DNA of 64,000 nt from Candidatus Cloacimonadales bacterium (GCA_963667035.1 OY762964.1:576001-640000), one strand, 5' to 3'; counted from the stretch's first letter, positions 20,367-31,630 are shown. Notes: generated by a model from the sequence alone, not told the origin. Translations and numbers: made by a program.

Positions 20367-21617
20367 ATGTATTTACTACAAAAGATTACTGGAAACAAGT
20401 TTAACCGAATTAATTCAATTATTGATTCATATAATTATACTCAGAATAATTTCATCAATCTTATTGCCTGTGTATGTTATATTTTTCCAGAAGTTATAGA
20501 AGCGATGAAATTCCCATTATCCACTTTGCCAACAGAAGGATTAATGAATAATAGATATTTCCCAACATATGATTATATGGAAAGAATTGAAGTATTATCA
20601 CAAGAGCAAGCCTTGAAATTGTTTAAAATTAGTTCTGGTTATAAAGTAAACATACAACCACATTCAGGAACTCAAGCTAACCATATTATTTACAATGCAA
20701 TATTAAAGGATGGAGATAGGGTTATTAGCATGTCTCCTTTTGATGGCGGACATATTTCACACACTAAATTAGCTGGAAGAAAATTAGAGTTACTTCATTT
20801 CTATTTGAATGACGACTACAAACTGGATTACAATCTGATTGAGAATATGATTATGGAGTTTAAACCAACTCTGTTAATTGCAGGAGTTAGTTCTTATCCA
20901 AGAGAAATTGACTTCCAACTTCTATCACAGATATCACACAAGCATAATTGCTATATTCTTGCTGATATAAGTCATACTGCTATATTTGTTGCAGGAGAAG
21001 TACATAAAAACGTTTTCCCATATGTAGATTTTGCTACTTTCACTATGGAAAAAAACTTGAGAGGTCCTCATGGAGGAGTTATCATTTATAAAGAGAAATT
21101 TCACAAGGCAATATCATATTCAACATTCCCTATATCCCAAGGAGGTCCTATACAAAATATGCTTTTTGGTAAACTTGTTGCATTTGAATTACTAAATCAA
21201 ACAAATGTTAAAGAATATGCTAATAGATTGGTTTCAAATGCCAGGAGTGTATCTAAAACATTATTAGAGAGAGGTTGCGATGTTGTAACTTCAGGGACAG
21301 ATAGTCACATAATCTTAGTTAATACTAAATCTCATGGACTTCTAGGTAATAAAGCTGAGAATATCCTAGAAAAGAACAGAATTTTGGTAAATCGAAATCT
21401 GATTCCAAAAGATAAAGAGAAACCTTTAATTACTTCTGGGATTAGAATAGGGAGTACTACAATTACTAATCTTAATTATGAGTTTGTAGACGTCATAAAT
21501 TTATCCAATACTTTAGCTGATGTATTATTGAATAGAAAAACTGATGAACATAATGTAAGATATCTATTGAACAAATACCATAGTAGTATCAATATCTCCA
21601 GTGAGGAGACAAAATAA
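20367..21617 (+). CDS. Divergent serine hydroxymethyltransferase-like PLP enzyme
   Basis: VNIQPHSGTQAN, GGHISH, DISH, TMEKNLRGPHGG, SQGGP, GTDSH, TSGIRIG. Several canonical GlyA residues are substituted, so glyA is not assigned. Confidence 0.88.
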   Translation: MYLLQKITGNKFNRINSIIDSYNYTQNNFINLIACVCYIFPEVIEAMKFPLSTLPTEGLMNNRYFPTYDYMERIEVLSQEQALKLFKISSGYKVNIQPHSGTQANHIIYNAILKDGDRVISMSPFDGGHISHTKLAGRKLELLHFYLNDDYKLDYNLIENMIMEFKPTLLIAGVSSYPREIDFQLLSQISHKHNCYILADISHTAIFVAGEVHKNVFPYVDFATFTMEKNLRGPHGGVIIYKEKFHKAISYSTFPISQGGPIQNMLFGKLVAFELLNQTNVKEYANRLVSNARSVSKTLLERGCDVVTSGTDSHIILVNTKSHGLLGNKAENILEKNRILVNRNLIPKDKEKPLITSGIRIGSTTITNLNYEFVDVINLSNTLADVLLNRKTDEHNVRYLLNKYHSSINISSEETK

Positions 21618-23940
21618 ATAGAAATTGTATTAATCCATCATTTATAGGTAATTTAATAACTAGCTCATTACCTGTTTCTTTTCTTGCATTAAGTCTTGTT
21701 AGGAAATAGCTAGAGATTTGAATTGTTTTGTTAGTTACTAAACAACTTTCAATTGATACTAGATTGTAACCTATACAAAACTGCATCCATGGATCTTGAA
21801 TTTTAGTAACACATTCATACATTTTTTCTATTTCACTCTTAGCCATTAGAATATCCAATTCTTTTAAGGCAATATTAATAATAATCTGATTATTCGACAG
21901 CATTAATTGATCTAATATTAGTGACTTAGGATAAGAATCAATCGCTCTTTCGATGTATTCTTTTGCGATATCATATTTTCTATTTATCGTATATAAAGCA
22001 GCCATATTACACAATGGTTCAAAAATTTCATTAGAGTTTATTTGATTAAACAACTCTATGGAATTTGATAAATTTCTCTCAGCTTCAGGATAACTGTGGT
22101 TCCATAAATAAACTAATCCTAAATTGTTTAGCGCAGTAGCTCTACCAAACAGAAAATTGTTTTGTCTGAAATAATTGTAAACACTTTTCAGATTTATAAT
22201 AGCTTTCTCATAACTAAAATAATGTGCTGAGTTTCTTAAAATTACGAAATATGACTCATCATTGGTTGGTGGAAGATTATAGATTATTTCTTTTGCTTCT
22301 TTATCGTAGCAAAGGTGTTGGTAAATGTTTAACCTATACAAGATTGTTTCCAATTTGTTGTTATCTAATTGAGTGCATACTTTTAACGCTTCTTTAAAGT
22401 GATAGGATTGAGTTAGGTACTTAACCTTATATAGCAAATAATCTGAAGTTTTTGCATAAGTTGTATCTTCAATAATTCTAATTGCTTCAATTCCTAAATA
22501 AATCTCAGAAGTTTTTTGAAATGAGTCAAGTAACTGAGTGACCGAGATATCTGGCAAAATGGTTATTATTTCTTTATACGCTTTATAAATAAGGATGATG
22601 TATTGATACATATTATTATTATATTGAATGTCGATTAGTCGTATAACGTAATCAAGTTTGGTCTTATATTGATTTATTGAAAAAATACCAACAAAGCAGT
22701 GGAGTATATAAGAATAATCATTAGGAGCTATGTTAGTATTAAACAGCTCCTCCATTGCAATCAAGATATCATCTCTAATCTGGAGAAACTCTTCATCAGT
22801 TAAACCTTTCTTTGTAGAAGTAATAATCTTCTCGTGAGCTGGTTTAAGAAGTTGTCCATTAGAACTATTTAGTACTATGTATCCAATCTTTACCAAATCT
22901 CTAATGCTATCCTCAATAACATCATTTTCGTTTCCATTCAGAATAGACTTAAGTAACTCTATAATGTATTTCTTTTTCATTCCTGCAGGAAACATTGATG
23001 AGATTGTTACCAAATATTTTTTTATATAAGGAAAATAGCATATTGTTTCTGTGATATCATAAATACTTTTTCTTGTAGTTGGCTCTTTATAAGCATTTAA
23101 GAACAATTCCATTTCTTTTAAGTTACCTAATGTTTTTTCATAACACCTATTAGCAACGAACATAGCTTCTTCATGATTGCAGTGTATAACTTTTTTTACT
23201 AATTCTATGATCTCATCAATGTTAAATTGAGAAAGGGATATGAGTAAACTACTTTTAGTAAAAGTAGAAGCAAGATTAAAATTATCAATATCTAAAATTG
23301 TTCTGTTAATAAATATAAAATTTATCTCTTTTTTTAATCGCGAAATATGAGACTCAAAAAGAGTTTTAGTATATTTAGGTAGAAATTGATAGTTATCTAT
23401 GGCAATATAGGTTTTAGTTTTATTTGCTATATAATCTAAGTATTTATATAAGGTAATCATTATATCTGGTGTAGGATCATGAGAATTCTTTTTAAATAAA
23501 TTTCTCGGGAAAAGCTCTTTTAAAGGTTTTCCAAATGAAGGTATTAATTCTAAAGTTGATGAGATAGTTTTAACCAGTTTATTTATAGCAGACTTCTTTA
23601 ATCCTGAGGATTTTAAAAAGGCAGGGAATGTACATCCTTTTAAAACATTTAGTGGATAGTTAAATTCAAACGAATGCTCATTCCAAGCACAATAGATTAA
23701 ATATTCAGCAAAAAGAGTAATAGTAAAATCATCATTACTCAAATCTATGTAAATCATAGTAACATCTTTTTGAATTGTATATATTGAATGCATTAACTCC
23801 TTTACTAGAAAAGTTTTTCCTGTACCAGAATTACCTTCTACGATAAGGAGTTTAGGTTGTTTCTTTTCTATATTCTTGAAAAAAGACATAGCAGAATCAA
23901 TTAAGCATTGTCTCACAACGAATGGAAATCTAGAACCCAT
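21589..23940 (-). CDS. P-loop ATPase (AAA/STAND-like) with C-terminal TPR repeats
   Basis: Walker A GNSGTGKT, Walker B YIAIDNYQ, T-x-GN motif, TPR-like ATALNNLGLVY...NMAALY...YDIAKEYIERAI. Confidence 0.8.
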   Translation of the reverse strand: MGSRFPFVVRQCLIDSAMSFFKNIEKKQPKLLIVEGNSGTGKTFLVKELMHSIYTIQKDVTMIYIDLSNDDFTITLFAEYLIYCAWNEHSFEFNYPLNVLKGCTFPAFLKSSGLKKSAINKLVKTISSTLELIPSFGKPLKELFPRNLFKKNSHDPTPDIMITLYKYLDYIANKTKTYIAIDNYQFLPKYTKTLFESHISRLKKEINFIFINRTILDIDNFNLASTFTKSSLLISLSQFNIDEIIELVKKVIHCNHEEAMFVANRCYEKTLGNLKEMELFLNAYKEPTTRKSIYDITETICYFPYIKKYLVTISSMFPAGMKKKYIIELLKSILNGNENDVIEDSIRDLVKIGYIVLNSSNGQLLKPAHEKIITSTKKGLTDEEFLQIRDDILIAMEELFNTNIAPNDYSYILHCFVGIFSINQYKTKLDYVIRLIDIQYNNNMYQYIILIYKAYKEIITILPDISVTQLLDSFQKTSEIYLGIEAIRIIEDTTYAKTSDYLLYKVKYLTQSYHFKEALKVCTQLDNNKLETILYRLNIYQHLCYDKEAKEIIYNLPPTNDESYFVILRNSAHYFSYEKAIINLKSVYNYFRQNNFLFGRATALNNLGLVYLWNHSYPEAERNLSNSIELFNQINSNEIFEPLCNMAALYTINRKYDIAKEYIERAIDSYPKSLILDQLMLSNNQIIINIALKELDILMAKSEIEKMYECVTKIQDPWMQFCIGYNLVSIESCLVTNKTIQISSYFLTRLNARKETGNELVIKLPINDGLIQFLFILSPHWRY

Positions 23941-23956
23941 AATAAATAGTTATCAT

Positions 23957-24919
23957 TTATTCATTCAACACCTCCTTACTCATTGAAAATTTCCGTCTTG
24001 GATGTTTTGAGTTTAGGATTTTCTTTTGGCTCTTTCTATTTACATGAGTATATATTTGGGTTGTATTGATTGAGCTATGTCCCAGAAAGTGTTGAATATA
24101 CTTTATATCTACACCCTCTTCCAATAGAAGAGTAGCGAAGGTATGTCGGAAGGTATGAGGAGTGATTTTTTTATCTATTTTCGCTAATTTAACATATCTG
24201 TTTATCATAAATCGTACTGATTGAGCTGAAATGTTATTGTCTAATCTGTTAAGAAAAAAGTAGGTTCTATTAGGGTGATTTTTAGCAATTGCTATATCAA
24301 AGTTCCTAAGAGATTGAATAATTTCTTTACTACAGATATGTATGATTCTTTCTTTTGCTCCTTTCCCATAAACAATAATATGATTACTTTTTAGATCAAT
24401 TTGATTGTGCTTGAGTGAACAAAGCTCCGAAATTCTTATTCCTGTTCCAAACAATAACTCTAGAATCGCAATATCCCTACAACATGAAGTGTAAGTATAG
24501 TGACTGGAGTTTATCATAGAGTTCTTAAAATTGTATGCAGAAGTAAGTATTCTTTTTACTTCGCTTAATGTTAGCACATTAGGTAGAGTTTTAGGAACCT
24601 TAAGTTTGATGCGTAGTTTCCTAAAAGGGTTTACAGCTATAATATCTTCAAATTCAAGATAGTTTAAGAATGATTTTAAAGACGCTATTTTCCTTTTAGC
24701 TGTTTTAACTTTGTATGAAGACACTAAAAATTCCACATACTGTCTGATTAATGCCTTGTCTAAATTAGATATATCCGATTGAGAATCACCTGTCTTTTCA
24801 TTAATAAAGTTCATGAATTGAGTAAAATCCGATTTATATGCCGATAAGGTTTTCTTACTTAGGTTCTTCTCATAAGTGCAATGAAAAGTAAACTGCTCCA
24901 AACATTCTTTAACTGTCAT
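23957..24919 (-). CDS. Tyrosine recombinase/integrase (XerC/D-like)
   Basis: N-terminal SAM-like domain (LSKKTLSAY); catalytic set GIRISEL, GKGAKER, HTFRH, LGHSS, TQIYTH. Confidence 0.95.
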   Translation of the reverse strand: MTVKECLEQFTFHCTYEKNLSKKTLSAYKSDFTQFMNFINEKTGDSQSDISNLDKALIRQYVEFLVSSYKVKTAKRKIASLKSFLNYLEFEDIIAVNPFRKLRIKLKVPKTLPNVLTLSEVKRILTSAYNFKNSMINSSHYTYTSCCRDIAILELLFGTGIRISELCSLKHNQIDLKSNHIIVYGKGAKERIIHICSKEIIQSLRNFDIAIAKNHPNRTYFFLNRLDNNISAQSVRFMINRYVKLAKIDKKITPHTFRHTFATLLLEEGVDIKYIQHFLGHSSINTTQIYTHVNRKSQKKILNSKHPRRKFSMSKEVLNE

Positions 24920-25124
24920 TTAAACTCCCCAATTTAAATGTAGAACAACTTAGGAATATAGAATATCATGTCTATAGTGAATTTGGAAAAGAGTAATCAA
25001 TAGTTCCATGACTAACTATCAACTTTCATAATCTAATCAGTATGGTATCAGTTATGTTTCTCAATAATCTGATTGACTAAACACGAAGGTCAGAAATATT
25101 CTCTGAGAATAAGGAGAGTATATT

Positions 25125-28016
25125 ATGAGACTAAAGATAGTTTTTTCGATATTGTTACTGGTATTGCTGTCCATATTGATAGCCAGACCTCATTTTGAGG
25201 AACCTACACCTACATATGAAACGGAACAATACTTTAAAAGTTATATTAGAGCTGATTCATTGCATGGTTTTGATGTTGAGAAATATGAGATTTATCTATC
25301 CATTGATGATCAGGCACAATATATAAATGGAAATGTAATTGCAACGGTAACAGCAGAAGAGAATCTTCAGTCGATAGAATGGGATCTTTGTGGGCTAACT
25401 GCAACAGCAGTTGAAGTTAATGGAATAATGCAGAATAATTTTTCACAAAATGATACTCATGTAATAATTCCATTAGCAGGAATATCCAATGGTGATCAGT
25501 TCTCAACAACAGTTTACTATTCAGGTAATCCATCTTTGAGCCCTTCTCCTTATGGATGCGGGATGTTCTTCAGAACCGGCTCTGTCTTCACTATTTCCGA
25601 CCCGGATGCGTCACGATATTGGTGGCCATGCTATGATCATCCATGGGATAAAGCTTTAGTTGATTTGCATGTAACCGTTAGAGACGATTGGGTCGCAGCA
25701 TGTAACGGATTAAGAGATTCTATAGAGGATAATGGGGACGGTACGAGAACCCATCACTGGTTAGGCTCAAACCCTATGACTACATATCTTGCTTGTATAA
25801 CAGCCGGTAATTATCAGGAACTTCCTTTGCAATACTACAACGATATACCAATTCAAGATTTTGTTTTACCTAATCAGGTAGCAAATGCAACTGAAGATTT
25901 ATCTAGATTGCCTGATATGATGAGTGCTTTCTCCCAGATGTTTGGAGAGTATCCCTTTGAAAAATACGGACAGACAACTGTAAGTATGGGAGTATATGGT
26001 GCTATGGAACATCAAACTATGACTACTCTCAATAGTTACATGATAACAGGAACACATCTTTATGATACTACTTATGCTCATGAACTTGCTCATCAATGGT
26101 TTGGTAATTGCCTAAGCGTGCTTACTTTTAAAGATATATGGTTATCAGAGGGATTTGCTACATACTCAGAAGCTCTTTGGACTGAATATGATCAGGGATA
26201 CGAAGCAATGTGCGAGTACTTTCAAGATAACATATCGGGTTATTATCTATCCTATGCAAATAGTCATGGACCTCAGACAACCTACGATCCAGCCTTCAAT
26301 GCTATATTTACTCCGGTATCTTACGAGAAACCCGGCTCTGTTCTTCATATGCTAAGAGCAAGAGTGGGGAATGAGATGTTTTTCGATATTCTCCAATCCT
26401 GGTTTCAGGAGCACCATAATGGTAATGTGATTACTTCTGAGTTTCAAGCAAAATGCGAAGAGTTAACGGGAGAGGACTTTAGTCAGTTCTTTGACCAATG
26501 GATATATGGTTCCGGAATCCCGGAATTAGAATATAGTGTCTTTTACAACTATAATCTAGCCATACCTAGATATAAAGTATATGCTAAATCCATATCAAAT
26601 ACTGATACGGAATTTGTTCTTGATATTCCTTTCCATTACAATAGTCCTACTTTAGCAGATAGTTCGTTAGTACAAGCCGGACCGGAAGTAACAGAATCCA
26701 TAGTACTTCTTAACTATATTCCTACCGGCTACAGCATAGACCCTAATAATTGGATGCTCTTGAGAGGAATGACAGAGAAAAGGGTAGAAATTGTTGATGC
26801 TTACGCCGGAGTCAGCAGTGCAAGGGTTTCTTGGTCTCCTTACTGGACAGATGTTCAACCTGTTGGTTACTATATCTATAGAGCTACATTTGACGGTCCG
26901 TTTATACTCCAAACAATAGAACCTATCACAGGAACCGAATGGGTAGACAGTGATTTATCTCCCGAGACAGAGTATTCTTACTATGTGGTTGCCGTTGATA
27001 ATCAAGGTTTTGAATCAATGCCGTCTGAGACACGTATTGTTAGGACAATAGATATGCCAATGGATCAGGGAATGCTTGTAGTTGATGAAACTAGAGATTT
27101 AGGCGGTACAATACTTTCTCCTAATGATCTGCAGGTAGACGATTTTTATAGAACAATATTCGAAGATATGATTTATACAGAATATGATTATGCTTCTCAA
27201 GGTACTATTACTTCTCAGATACTTGGACAGTATTCTACAGTTTTTTGGCATAATGATGATTTTACCGAGTTGCTTATTAATGATAATCTAAATGCTTTAG
27301 GTAGCTACATTCTTGAAGGAGGAAATCTAATTCTCTCAGGGTTTAAGATTGCCGGACAAATTGACCAGGATTTTCTTACTCAATACTTCCCTAACTTAAC
27401 ACCCATTTATGCAAATAATTCAGTGTTTGAATATGCATATAGTAATGAATATCCCAGCTTGATAATAGATCAATCAAAGCTCCCTGCAAATTGGAATCAG
27501 AACCTCAGAATGACATATAGCTTCCCTAATTATTCCGAAAATGCTATCTATAATGCCGATTATTCCGATACAGAGCCAACAGATGGTAATGGAGTTATTA
27601 TAGCTACTGACACCGGAGGTTCTCTAACGATTAGCGGTATACCTCTATATATGTTTGAGATCGACGGTGTGAGGAGTTTTCTTAATCAGTATATTGCTTC
27701 TATTGACGAATCAGTGAGTAATAATGAACAACAGCAGGAATTAGGGGTTATTGCTATTAATGCGTATCCGAATCCATTTAATCCCGAACTGAATATAAAA
27801 ATAGAAGGTTTGAGTGATGAAAGGGTTGAAGTTTCTATATACAATGTCAAGGGACAGAAAGTAATGGCTTTATTCAATGATGTTGTTAAAGGAAGCAAGG
27901 AGCTTGTTTGGTCAGGTAGAGATAGCAATAATCATAAAATGGGGTCAGGCATATATTTTGTGAAAGTCAAAACAGATAGTGTAGCAACTACTAGAAAGAT
28001 AATATTGCTTAAATAG
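25125..28016 (+). CDS. Secreted M1-family Zn aminopeptidase with FN3 and C-terminal FlgD-Ig/T9SS-A-like domain
   Basis: Signal peptide; GAMEH; HELAH...WLSEGFATY; FN3 (YSYYVVAVD); C-terminal AYPNPFNP...GSGIYF...RKIILLK. Confidence 0.9.
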   Translation: MRLKIVFSILLLVLLSILIARPHFEEPTPTYETEQYFKSYIRADSLHGFDVEKYEIYLSIDDQAQYINGNVIATVTAEENLQSIEWDLCGLTATAVEVNGIMQNNFSQNDTHVIIPLAGISNGDQFSTTVYYSGNPSLSPSPYGCGMFFRTGSVFTISDPDASRYWWPCYDHPWDKALVDLHVTVRDDWVAACNGLRDSIEDNGDGTRTHHWLGSNPMTTYLACITAGNYQELPLQYYNDIPIQDFVLPNQVANATEDLSRLPDMMSAFSQMFGEYPFEKYGQTTVSMGVYGAMEHQTMTTLNSYMITGTHLYDTTYAHELAHQWFGNCLSVLTFKDIWLSEGFATYSEALWTEYDQGYEAMCEYFQDNISGYYLSYANSHGPQTTYDPAFNAIFTPVSYEKPGSVLHMLRARVGNEMFFDILQSWFQEHHNGNVITSEFQAKCEELTGEDFSQFFDQWIYGSGIPELEYSVFYNYNLAIPRYKVYAKSISNTDTEFVLDIPFHYNSPTLADSSLVQAGPEVTESIVLLNYIPTGYSIDPNNWMLLRGMTEKRVEIVDAYAGVSSARVSWSPYWTDVQPVGYYIYRATFDGPFILQTIEPITGTEWVDSDLSPETEYSYYVVAVDNQGFESMPSETRIVRTIDMPMDQGMLVVDETRDLGGTILSPNDLQVDDFYRTIFEDMIYTEYDYASQGTITSQILGQYSTVFWHNDDFTELLINDNLNALGSYILEGGNLILSGFKIAGQIDQDFLTQYFPNLTPIYANNSVFEYAYSNEYPSLIIDQSKLPANWNQNLRMTYSFPNYSENAIYNADYSDTEPTDGNGVIIATDTGGSLTISGIPLYMFEIDGVRSFLNQYIASIDESVSNNEQQQELGVIAINAYPNPFNPELNIKIEGLSDERVEVSIYNVKGQKVMALFNDVVKGSKELVWSGRDSNNHKMGSGIYFVKVKTDSVATTRKIILLK

Positions 28017-28035
28017 CATAAACTATTCCTAATAG

Positions 28036-28062
28036 AAGGTCATGGATTTCCATGACCTTTTT
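28036..28062 (+). terminator. Rho-independent terminator
   Basis: aaggtcatgga-tt-tccatgacctt followed by ttt. Confidence 0.8.
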
Positions 28063-28200
28063 GGTGCAGCGAAAACCAACGGCTGATCTGGTGGTCATGA
28101 TTATAGTTGGAATGTGCATTGAATGCAAAACGAGGAATAAATAGTTTGACAGGCATGTCTGTTTATGATATCAAAAATCATACTATATTTAGGAGGAAAT

Positions 28201-29127
28201 ATGAAAGCTTTATTTGCTTTGATAATGATAATAGTTTCATTGATAGTCTTAGGGATTGCCAAGTCAGTTCCTGATCGAACCAAACAGATTAGAAGAATAG
28301 GTTTAATCATGATTCTAGTTTTTGGTGTTATGTTTGTATTGCAGAGTGTTCAGATAATTAATGCCGGTGAAGTTGGTGTGCAGATAGTGTTTGGAAAAGT
28401 ACAGAAACATGTTCTGATGGAAGGTATTAATTTCAAGAATCCCTTTGCAGATGTATCTAATTTTACAATTCGTTTGAAAGAATACACAATGTCAAGCACC
28501 AGAGGAGAAGGAAGCATAAACGGTGATGATTCTATAACAGCCTTAACTCGAGATAATCTTGAGATAAAGATTGATGTGTCTATTTGGTATGCTCTTGATC
28601 CTACAAAAGCAGCAGATATTTATAGGTCAATTGCAAAGGATGACTTAACTTTTATGAATTCTATTGTAAGACCAGCTATCAGAACAGCTATTCGTGATAT
28701 TACCGCTGAGTTAACTTTTACCGAGATAATCGAAGCTCGAGAGAAGTTCACAAAAGATATTTATGCATCTTTCCAGGAGATTACTGATAATAAGGGTGTA
28801 ATCGGAGATAAAGTGCTAATTAGGAATGTAACTCCTCCACCAACGGTTAAAGGTGCAATTGAAAAGAAGCTCATGCAACAGCAAGAGCTTGCTGCTAAAG
28901 AATATGAACTTGATAAGATGAGAAAGGATGCAGAGATTAGAAGAGTAGAAGCTCAAGGTATTGCAGATGCTCAGGCAATTATTCAAAAGAAACTGACTCC
29001 TCTTTATGTTCAATATCTAGCAATTGAATCATATAAAGAACTGGCTAATTCAGAGAATACTACTTTTGTAATTTTACCAACAAATCCTGAAGCAGCAGGA
29101 ATGCCACTGATTCTCAACGCTAAATAA
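28201..29127 (+). CDS. SPFH/prohibitin (band 7) family membrane protein
   Basis: ATG after AGGAGG; two N-terminal TM helices; INAGEVGV, EGINFKNPF, AIEKK, EAQGIA. Confidence 0.92.
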   Translation: MKALFALIMIIVSLIVLGIAKSVPDRTKQIRRIGLIMILVFGVMFVLQSVQIINAGEVGVQIVFGKVQKHVLMEGINFKNPFADVSNFTIRLKEYTMSSTRGEGSINGDDSITALTRDNLEIKIDVSIWYALDPTKAADIYRSIAKDDLTFMNSIVRPAIRTAIRDITAELTFTEIIEAREKFTKDIYASFQEITDNKGVIGDKVLIRNVTPPPTVKGAIEKKLMQQQELAAKEYELDKMRKDAEIRRVEAQGIADAQAIIQKKLTPLYVQYLAIESYKELANSENTTFVILPTNPEAAGMPLILNAK

Positions 29128-29145
29128 ATTGATTACTTTGTTACG

Positions 29146-29181
29146 AAGGACCATAGATTACTTACTTATGGTCCTTTTTTT
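29146..29181 (+). terminator. Rho-independent terminator
   Basis: aaggaccata...tatggtcctt followed by a T run. Confidence 0.75.
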
Positions 29182-29282
29182 GTTTTAGTGATTATCATTC
29201 ATGATAGGAATATTTTCCTTGACAGTCTGTATTTATAACAGAGAATCTAAGCAAGAGGTATTTATTTCAGCAAAGGTGAAAC

Positions 29283-30830
29283 ATGAAAAAGATAGTATTA
29301 TTACTTCTTATCTTGGCTATTGGGGTCATACTGTTTTCTGAAACCGATAATGACCATAAAGCCCTATTAGATAAGTTTCTTAAGCAAGCGAAAACTCAGG
29401 TTAATGAAGATCCTAGCATCAGTGTTCAATATGCTGAGACAGGAGTAAGTTATTCAAAAGAGAATAATTTACCGGAGTATGAAGCAGAGTTCTATCTGAT
29501 TTTGGGAGTTGCGTATGAGAATCTCAAAATTGAGGATAAGCTTCTCAAAGCATATAAAAATGCCTTAATTATTTATTCCAAACTTAAAGATGACTATGGT
29601 AAGATTACAGTTATAAACAAAATTGCTGAATATAATTACAATATTTTCAGGTTAACTGAAGCTGCTGATTTCTACGAGCGTTCTTTAAAATTGTATCAAA
29701 AGCATAATGATATGACCGGAGAGATGCACATTAACTATGCTCTTGCAGTATTATACTATGATGCGGATGATTACGAACGAGCTTATGCATATCTTGAAAT
29801 TGCTGATAGAGTTAAAGAAGCCCTTGGCAAGATTATGGGTGAAGATGCACCTGATATTAAAGATATACTAAATCAACAACAACGTAAGCGTTTAAGTGAA
29901 TTAGTAGAGAAGAAGAAGCTTGATGAAATTAAAGAAAAAAGCAGAGTTAGTAGAAAAGATAAATCTCAAGTAAAAGATATTAGAGATGATAGTAAAGAGA
30001 AAGAATTAGAACAAAAACTGAAGAGAACCGAAGTAGAAGTAAAAGCTAAAGAAATAGAAGTAAATGAACTCATTTCGACTCTTACCAAACAAGAAAACCA
30101 ACTTATTGAGCATTATGTTACTCAAAAAGTTAATGAAGGAAGAATTAAATCATTACGCTCGAGAAACTTTCTTCTGATTCTTTTTCTAATCATTGTTGTT
30201 ATAAACATGATTCTTATTATAAGAAGCTATCTTGGGAAAGTGAGATCTAATAATGAGCTTTTAAAAGCACATGAGTTAATTAAAAAGCAAAATAACCAGC
30301 TAACAAAAGCTTATGATCAAATAGAGCGAATTTCTCGTATAGATCCACTTACTAAGGTTTTTAATCGTAGAGATATGGAAGAAAAAATGCTAGATGCAGT
30401 TAATCTCTTTGAGCGTGAGATGAACCCATTTTCGTTCTTACTTCTTGATATTGATTTATTCAAGAATATTAATGACACTTATGGTCACGATGCAGGTGAT
30501 TATGTTCTTAAGACTCTTGCCGCTTTACTCAAGACATCTTTACGTAAGATTGATAACATCTCAAGATGGGGTGGCGAGGAGTTTCTTATCTTGTTGAATA
30601 AAACAGGAGAAGAAGGAGCTAGAGTAGCTGCCGAAAAGATACGTAAAGCAGTTGAGGACTTTATGTTCGAATACAATGACAATACTTTTAATATAACTGT
30701 TTCAGTTGGTTACAGCACATATAATGAATTAAGAGAAGTTCACGAAGTAATCAAAGAAGCAGATGTTGCTTTATATAGAGCAAAACAGAACGGCCGCAAT
30801 CAATGTGCTAAATACGAGGAAAACAATTAG
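29283..30830 (+). CDS. TPR-containing membrane diguanylate cyclase
   Basis: Signal peptide, TPRs, coiled coil, TM helix; [18 protein letters not shown], RxxD I-site (RKID), GGEEF. Confidence 0.93.
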   Translation: MKKIVLLLLILAIGVILFSETDNDHKALLDKFLKQAKTQVNEDPSISVQYAETGVSYSKENNLPEYEAEFYLILGVAYENLKIEDKLLKAYKNALIIYSKLKDDYGKITVINKIAEYNYNIFRLTEAADFYERSLKLYQKHNDMTGEMHINYALAVLYYDADDYERAYAYLEIADRVKEALGKIMGEDAPDIKDILNQQQRKRLSELVEKKKLDEIKEKSRVSRKDKSQVKDIRDDSKEKELEQKLKRTEVEVKAKEIEVNELISTLTKQENQLIEHYVTQKVNEGRIKSLRSRNFLLILFLIIVVINMILIIRSYLGKVRSNNELLKAHELIKKQNNQLTKAYDQIERISRIDPLTKVFNRRDMEEKMLDAVNLFEREMNPFSFLLLDIDLFKNINDTYGHDAGDYVLKTLAALLKTSLRKIDNISRWGGEEFLILLNKTGEEGARVAAEKIRKAVEDFMFEYNDNTFNITVSVGYSTYNELREVHEVIKEADVALYRAKQNGRNQCAKYEENN

Positions 30831-31630
30831 TGAGTAATGTTTCTTATGCTTTAGGTTTAACTCTCTTTGCAGGATTAAGCACGGGTATAGGCAGTCTTTT
30901 CGCTTTTATTTCAAAAAAGACAGACGCTAAATTTTTATCAGTTTCTTTAGGATTCTCAGCGGGAGTAATGATTTATGTGTCATTTGTTGAGATTTTTCTC
31001 AAAGCTAAGAATGCTTTAATCCCGGTTTATGGAGTTAAAACAGGTACATGGTATACTGTTTTAGGTTTTTTCGCAGGAATGTTTCTTATTGCTATTATTG
31101 ATAAACTGGTCCCGTCTTATGAGAATCCTCATGAGATTACTAAACTTGACGAAGACTTAACGAAGAATAAAGATAAGAAGAATCTCATGAGAATGGGAAT
31201 TCTTTCCGCTTTGGCAATTACAATACATAATTTCCCCGAAGGCTTAGCAACTTTTGCTTCAGCTATGAAAGATCCTACCCTTGGAGTCAGCATTGCAATA
31301 GCTATAGCAATACATAACATTCCTGAGGGTATAGCTGTTTCAGTTCCTATCTTTTATGCTACAGGTTCAAAGAAAAAGGCTTTTGTCTATTCATTCTTAT
31401 CTGGATTATCAGAGCCAGTAGGTGCAGTGTTAGGATATTTTCTACTAAAAACGATATTCAATGATACAACTTTTGGTATTATCTTCGCCTCGGTTGCCGG
31501 TATCATGGTTTATATTTCTCTTGATCAGTTGCTTCCTACAGCAGAGGAGTATGGAGAACACCACCTTAGTATTTGGGGTATGGTTGCCGGCATGATGCTA
31601 ATGGCGTTAAGTTTACTATTATTCCTTTAA
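30830..31630 (+). CDS. zupT: ZIP family zinc transporter
   Basis: HNFPEG and HNIPEG motifs, SGLSEP. Confidence 0.92.
   Translation: MSNVSYALGLTLFAGLSTGIGSLFAFISKKTDAKFLSVSLGFSAGVMIYVSFVEIFLKAKNALIPVYGVKTGTWYTVLGFFAGMFLIAIIDKLVPSYENPHEITKLDEDLTKNKDKKNLMRMGILSALAITIHNFPEGLATFASAMKDPTLGVSIAIAIAIHNIPEGIAVSVPIFYATGSKKKAFVYSFLSGLSEPVGAVLGYFLLKTIFNDTTFGIIFASVAGIMVYISLDQLLPTAEEYGEHHLSIWGMVAGMMLMALSLLLFL

Larger units (their letters stand above)
20200..25070. mobile_element. Putative small integrase-associated genomic islet; boundaries approximate
   Basis: Integrase plus two accessory genes, visibly lower GC than the flanking housekeeping genes, starting just after a terminator. No att repeats were identified. 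Confidence 0.5.

Noticed and set aside
23957..24919. Calling the recombinase xerC or xerD
   Set aside because: The low-GC accessory context and lack of housekeeping synteny make orthology unsupportable from sequence alone
24957..25061. Possible recombinase sites: TATAGA-N8-TCTATA at 24957-24976, and TATGTTTCT near 25053 inverted relative to AGAAACATA near 20234
   Set aside because: Arms of 6-9 bp in very AT-rich DNA could arise by chance; no convincing dif or att repeat
28076..28110. Imperfect hairpin CCAAC...GTTGG after a terminator
   Set aside because: Short and irregular, with no recognisable motif or second copy
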